A stretch of DNA of 38,923 bases, taken from UHGV virus genome UHGV-0153024; one strand, given 5' to 3'. The notes beneath the pieces are model-generated. The model made no database searches, was not told the DNA's origin, and saw nothing but the letters and a program-made list of their open reading frames with translations. The DNA comes from a virus. Shown here piece after piece: positions 34,613-38,923 of the stretch. Position 1 is the first letter of the stretch, and every line of letters begins with the position of its first letter. Both the position numbers and the translations under genes were made by a program.

Positions 34613-35709
34613 ATTTCAGCTCTGAACTGCTTAACAAAGGCAACAAAACTCCCGCATTCAGCATCAGTATTGAGGGCAGGGATATCGCTACTGTGCTGGA
34701 TAACCGCCTGATGAGTCTGACGCTGACGGACAATCGGGGATTTGAAGCGGACCAGCTTGATCTGGAGCTGGACGACGCCGACGGAAAAATCGTGCTGCCG
34801 CGCCGTGGTGCGGTCATTACGCTGGCGCTGGGGTGGAAGGGGCAGCCGCTTTTCCCGAAAGGGGCATTCACGGTGGACGAGATTGAACACACTGGCGCAC
34901 CGGACCGCCTGACTATCCGGGCGCGAAGTGCTGATTTTCGTGAAACGCTGAATACCCGCCGTGAAAAATCGTGGCACAAGACCACCGTTGGGGAAGTGGT
35001 GAAGGAAATATCTGCGCGGCACAAACTGAAGATGGCATTGGGTGAAGACCTGTCGGATAAACCCGTGGAGCATATAGACCAGACCAATGAGAGTGACGGC
35101 AGTTTTCTGATGCGGCTGGCGCGCCAGTACGGTGCTATTGCGTCGGTGAAAAATGGCAATCTGTTATTCATCCGGCAGGGACAGGGTAAAAGCGCCAGCG
35201 GTAAACCACTACCGGTTATCACTATCACACGTAAGGACGGCGACAGTCACCGCTTTACCCTGGCAGATCGCGGAGCCTACACGGGCGTAATTGCCAGCTG
35301 GTTGCATACCCGCGAACCCGCGAAGAAAGAAAGCACCACGGTGAAGCGTAAGCGCAGGACTAAGAAGCAGAAGAAAGAGCCGGAAGCGAAGCAGGGCGAT
35401 TACCTGGTGGGTACGGATGAAAACGTGCTGGTACTTAATCGCACTTATGCCAACCGGAGCAACGCCGAACGAGCGGCGAAAATGCAGTGGGAACGCCTGC
35501 AACGCGGCGTTGCGTCATTCTCGTTACAACTGGCGGAAGGGCGGGCAGATCTCTACACGGAAATGCCAGTGAAAGTCAGTGGCTTTAAACAGCCGATAGA
35601 TGATGCGGAATGGACCATTACGACTCTGACACATACCGTAAGCCCGGATAATGGTTTTACGACCAGTTTGGAGCTTGAAGTGAGGATTGATGATTTCGAA
35701 ATGGAATGA
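34609..35709 (+). CDS. D: Tail protein D (P2 gpD-like)
   Basis: 366 aa; last structural gene before ogr. Confidence 0.85.
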   Translation: MNFSSELLNKGNKTPAFSISIEGRDIATVLDNRLMSLTLTDNRGFEADQLDLELDDADGKIVLPRRGAVITLALGWKGQPLFPKGAFTVDEIEHTGAPDRLTIRARSADFRETLNTRREKSWHKTTVGEVVKEISARHKLKMALGEDLSDKPVEHIDQTNESDGSFLMRLARQYGAIASVKNGNLLFIRQGQGKSASGKPLPVITITRKDGDSHRFTLADRGAYTGVIASWLHTREPAKKESTTVKRKRRTKKQKKEPEAKQGDYLVGTDENVLVLNRTYANRSNAERAAKMQWERLQRGVASFSLQLAEGRADLYTEMPVKVSGFKQPIDDAEWTITTLTHTVSPDNGFTTSLELEVRIDDFEME

Positions 35710-35799
35710 TTCTTCGCAATGGAGAACTTTTAAGTTTGCAAAATGGAATAATGCGGTATCATTATTGTGAATTTGGCAAAAATGGGGAGAACTCGAAAA

Positions 35800-36018
35800 A
35801 TGATGATTTGCCCACTGTGTGGAAGTGCCGCCCATACTCGCAGCAGTTTTCAGGTATCTTCATTGACCAAAGAGCGTTACAACCAGTGCCAGAACATTAA
35901 CTGCAGCCATACTTTTGTTACCCATGAAACTTTTGTTCGTTCGATTGCAACGCCAAAAGAGTCAAATCCGGTTCAGCCGCATCCAATGAAATCAGGACAA
36001 GTGGCGCTCTCTCTTTGA
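35800..36018 (+). CDS. ogr: Late gene transcriptional activator Ogr (zinc-finger; 186 B-like)
   Basis: 72 aa starting MMICPLCGSAAHTRS with CxxC...CxxxxC zinc-binding pattern, closely resembling P2 Ogr from memory (MFHCPLCQHAAHARTS...KERYHQCQNVNCSATF); RBS GGGGAGA; abuts attR. Confidence 0.8.
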   Translation: MMICPLCGSAAHTRSSFQVSSLTKERYNQCQNINCSHTFVTHETFVRSIATPKESNPVQPHPMKSGQVALSL

Positions 36019-36040
36019 CGCTGCCGCCATTTTGTCGCCA
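36019..36040. repeat. attR core (CGCTGCCGCCATTTTGTCGCCA)
   Basis: 21 of 22 identity with 709-730; begins 1 nt after the ogr stop codon. Confidence 0.6.
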
Positions 36041-36094
36041 TCGTTAAAAAACAGTGCTTCTAACATCATGATTTTAAAAAGCTTAAATTTCAGG

Positions 36095-36141
36095 CAACAA
36101 AAAACCCATCAACCTTGAACCGAAATGGCGGGGTTGATGGG
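36095..36141 (-). terminator. Rho-independent terminator on the minus strand (CCCATCAACC-loop-GGTTGATGGG)
   Basis: 10-bp stem (36105-36114 / 36132-36141) followed on the minus strand by TTTTTTGTTG; downstream of ybjL. Confidence 0.45.
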
Positions 36142-36253
36142 CTCCACAAAATGGGGACATCAAAGAAAAGCAGTGGCACTAATTAAGACTGATGCCCTGC
36201 GGAAAAGTTCTGCGGTTGTGCAAAAAAATTTCATTTTCAGGGCAACTTCAGTT

Positions 36254-37939
36254 TTATCCTAATCCTGGCCATACCATGACGATGATTGTCCCTGCCAGCG
36301 TCAGCAGGACGTTGGCGATTGCGTAGGTGCCCGCATAGCCCAGCGCAGGGATGTTACTGCGAGCTGTATCACTGATGATCTCCATTGCCGGCGCGCAGGT
36401 GCGTGCGCCCATCATTGCGCCGAACAACAGTGCGCGGTTCATTCGCAATACATAAGCACCGAACAAGAAACAGATAACCACGGGCACAAGACTGACAATT
36501 AATCCGGCAATCAACATCTGACCGCCAATCGCGCCCAGGCCGTTATTAATACCGCTACCGGCGCTCAGACCAACGCCTGCCATAAACACCATCAAGCCGA
36601 ACTCTTTCACCATGCTTAATGCACCTTGCGGAATGTAACCGAAGGTCGGGTGGTTAGCACGCATAAAGCCCAGCATAATTCCGGCGAATAACAACCCGGC
36701 AGCGTTCCCCATGCCGAAACTGAATGTGCTGAACTGGAAGGTGATCATCCCGATCATCAGCCCAATAACAAAGAAGGCGCAAAATGCCAGCAGGTCAGTG
36801 ACCTGGCTGTGAATCGAGATAAAGCCGATGCGATCGGCGATGGTTTTTACGCGACGGGCATCACCGCTGACTTGTAAAACGTCACCTTTGTTAAGCACGA
36901 CGTTGTCATCTATCGGCATCTCAATCTGGCTACGAATGACGCGGTTAAGGAAGCAACCGTGATCGGTCAACTTCAGTTGTGCGAGACGTTTACCTACAGC
37001 GTTATGGTTTTTAACGACCACTTCTTCAGTGACGATACGCATGTCGAGAAGGTCACGATCGAAAACTTCTTTACCGTTACGGAAGCTGGGATCGAGTCGG
37101 GCATGGGCGTCGGGATAGCCTACCAACGCTATTTCATCGCCCATTTGTAGCACGGCATCACCGTCTGGATTTGCCAGAATCCCGTTACGTCGAATACGTT
37201 CAATGTAGCAGCCGGTTTGTCGATAAATACCCAGTTCACGCAGATTTTTGCCGTCGGTCCAGGCCACCAGCTCCGGGCCGACGCGATAGGCGCGGATCAC
37301 CGGTAAATAAACCTTACGGTTGGCATCAGTGTCCAGGCCACGTTCGCGGGCGATTTGCTGGGCGCTGGTCTGTAAGTCCTGATGCTGCAATTTCGGCAAG
37401 TAACGCGCACCAACAATCAAACTCACCAGACCGATTAAATAGGTTAAGGCATACCCGAGGCTCAGATTATCCAGTGCCAGTGAGAGCTGCCTGCTTTCCA
37501 TGCCGAAATGACGCAGTGTATCGCCAGCACCGACCAGAACCGGTGTCGACGTCATAGAGCCTGCTAACATACCGGCCGTCAGGCCAATATCCCAGCCAAA
37601 CAGCTTACCTAACCCTAAGGCGATCACCAGCGCACTGCCAACCATCACCAGTGCTAACATTAGGTAATTTTTCCCATCGCGAAAAAAAATGGAAAAAAAG
37701 TTCGGTCCGGCTTCGACCCCGACGCAGAAAATAAACAGCATAAAGCCAAGATTAAGCGCATCGGTGTTAATGCTGAAATGTTGTTGGCCTAATAACAGCG
37801 ATACGACTAAAACGCCAATGGAATTACCCAGTTGGATCGAACCAAGTCGTAACTTTCCGAGACATAGCCCAAGCGCGAGGACCACAAATAATAACAGAAT
37901 GTAATTCCCATTTAACAATTCGGCGACGTTTATATTCAC
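36254..37939 (-). CDS. ybjL: Putative transport protein YbjL (AAE-family, duplicated membrane domains with central TrkA-C-like domains)
   Basis: 561 aa, multi-TM at both ends; recognised from memory as E. coli YbjL. Confidence 0.85.
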   Translation of the reverse strand: MNINVAELLNGNYILLLFVVLALGLCLGKLRLGSIQLGNSIGVLVVSLLLGQQHFSINTDALNLGFMLFIFCVGVEAGPNFFSIFFRDGKNYLMLALVMVGSALVIALGLGKLFGWDIGLTAGMLAGSMTSTPVLVGAGDTLRHFGMESRQLSLALDNLSLGYALTYLIGLVSLIVGARYLPKLQHQDLQTSAQQIARERGLDTDANRKVYLPVIRAYRVGPELVAWTDGKNLRELGIYRQTGCYIERIRRNGILANPDGDAVLQMGDEIALVGYPDAHARLDPSFRNGKEVFDRDLLDMRIVTEEVVVKNHNAVGKRLAQLKLTDHGCFLNRVIRSQIEMPIDDNVVLNKGDVLQVSGDARRVKTIADRIGFISIHSQVTDLLAFCAFFVIGLMIGMITFQFSTFSFGMGNAAGLLFAGIMLGFMRANHPTFGYIPQGALSMVKEFGLMVFMAGVGLSAGSGINNGLGAIGGQMLIAGLIVSLVPVVICFLFGAYVLRMNRALLFGAMMGARTCAPAMEIISDTARSNIPALGYAGTYAIANVLLTLAGTIIVMVWPGLG

Positions 37940-38208
37940 GGAGGCTAACTTCTTGTTTACTAGTAAGCTGTTGAAAGAAATGGTAATTTACGATAATGTT
38001 TTTTACCAGAATTCAGGGCGCAGATTCATTCAGCGCACCTAAACGATAGTAAAGTAACAATATATTTTACTAGTGTAATCACATTAGGTATCAACGGCTA
38101 TATGAATTGCGTTGGCCTATATTAGCATGGAATGCGAAGCGGCTTTATCTTACTGAACGCCACACTGGCGAAAAATGTGTTCGATAGACGCAGTGTCAGG
38201 AGGAACGA

Positions 38209-38586
38209 GTGAAACATAAACAACGTTGGGCGGGGGCAATCTGCTGTTTTGTCCTCTTCATTGTGGTGTGCCTTTTTCTGGCGACGCACATGAAAGGCGC
38301 TTTTCGGGCTGCCGGGCATCCTGAAATCGGCTTGCTATTTTTCATTCTTCCTGGAGCAGTTGCCAGTTTCTTTTCACAGCGTAGAGAAGTCCTGAAACCT
38401 CTATTTGGCGCAATGCTGGCGGCACCCTGTTCAATGCTCATTATGCGGCTGTTTTTTTCACCGACGCGCTCATTCTGGCAAGAGCTGGCATGGTTACTAA
38501 GCGCGGTGTTCTGGTGTGCGCTGGGGGCACTGTGTTTCTTATTTATCAGTAGTTTGTTTAAACCACAGCACAGAAAAAATCAGTAA
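38209..38586 (+). CDS. ybjM: Inner membrane protein YbjM
   Basis: 125 aa with about four hydrophobic helices; position between ybjL and grxA as in E. coli. Confidence 0.75.
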   Translation: MKHKQRWAGAICCFVLFIVVCLFLATHMKGAFRAAGHPEIGLLFFILPGAVASFFSQRREVLKPLFGAMLAAPCSMLIMRLFFSPTRSFWQELAWLLSAVFWCALGALCFLFISSLFKPQHRKNQ

Positions 38587-38605
38587 AGCCCTCAACGCGA
38601 GGGCT
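38587..38605. terminator. Hairpin (AGCCCTC-AACGC-GAGGGCT) between convergent ybjM and grxA
   Basis: 7-bp GC-rich stem directly after the ybjM stop; on the minus strand it is followed by a T-rich run, so it likely also terminates grxA. Confidence 0.5.
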
Positions 38606-38615
38606 TGTCAGACGA

Positions 38616-38873
38616 TCAGGCGTCCAGATTTTCTTTCACCCATGCAGCAAAATCGGTATAGCCGCCGATATGTTGCTGATCGACAAAAATCTGCGGCACG
38701 GTTTCTACGGGTTTACCTGCCTTTTGTTGTAGATCTTCTTTAGTGATCCCTTCCGCACGAATATCTACATACTGATACTGAAAATCATCGCGTTCATTGC
38801 TCAATTTCTCAGCCAGATCTTTTGCACGCACACAGTAAGGGCAACCCGAACGACCAAAAATAACGGTTTGCAT
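38616..38873 (-). CDS. grxA: Glutaredoxin 1
   Basis: 85 aa from internal Met (MQTVIFGRSGCPYCVRAK...) with CPYC active site; recognised as E. coli GrxA. Confidence 0.9.
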   Translation of the reverse strand: MQTVIFGRSGCPYCVRAKDLAEKLSNERDDFQYQYVDIRAEGITKEDLQQKAGKPVETVPQIFVDQQHIGGYTDFAAWVKENLDA

Positions 38874-38923
38874 TATTTCTCTCCTCATAGATTTATGCCT
38901 GTAATGATCACGCTAAAATGTAT

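Larger units (their letters stand above)
709..36040. mobile_element. P2/186-family prophage (~35.3 kb), integrated between ybjK and ybjL
   Basis: 22-bp direct repeat with one mismatch at both ends; integrase at left end and ogr at right end; complete P2-like gene order in between. Confidence 0.85.

Noticed and set aside
34423-35228. Two long minus-strand ORFs (216 and 215 aa) overlapping U and D
   Set aside because: Antisense to conserved tail genes; no start context; composition typical of shadow ORFs.

Overview
This window is an Escherichia coli-type chromosomal segment (rcdA/ybjK on the left; ybjL, ybjM and grxA on the right) carrying a ~35.3 kb P2/186-family prophage inserted between ybjK and ybjL. 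The prophage is bounded by a 22-bp direct repeat with one mismatch (709-730 and 36019-36040). Gene order is P2-like: int, CI-like repressor, Apl/Cox-like, CII-like, early genes (TraR-like, ASCH-like, Dam methylase), replication gene A, a LexA-box-controlled Tum/DinI-like module, a cargo hotspot, cos, then portal Q, terminase P, capsid O-N-M-L, the lysis cassette, tail genes and ogr. The regulatory region resembles phage 186 (CII-like, LexA box, DinI-like), so the prophage is probably SOS-inducible. Three AT-rich cargo islands interrupt the backbone: (1) a two-gene operon downstream of the repressor (400-aa soluble protein plus 176-aa four-helix membrane protein), laid out like lambda cI-rexA-rexB; (2) a 525-aa orphan protein with TPR-like repeats and a C-terminal HEPN-type Rx4H motif in the A-cos hotspot, which I rank as the best candidate for an undescribed anti-phage defence gene; (3) a GT9-family (heptosyltransferase-like) glycosyltransferase sitting between a truncated tail-fibre gene H and an inverted tail-fibre tip/assembly module next to a Hin/Gin-family DNA invertase. 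No rRNA, tRNA, CRISPR array or IS transposase was found. All protein-family calls rest on motifs read by eye and recalled family knowledge, not on database searches; compositional statements are by eye.
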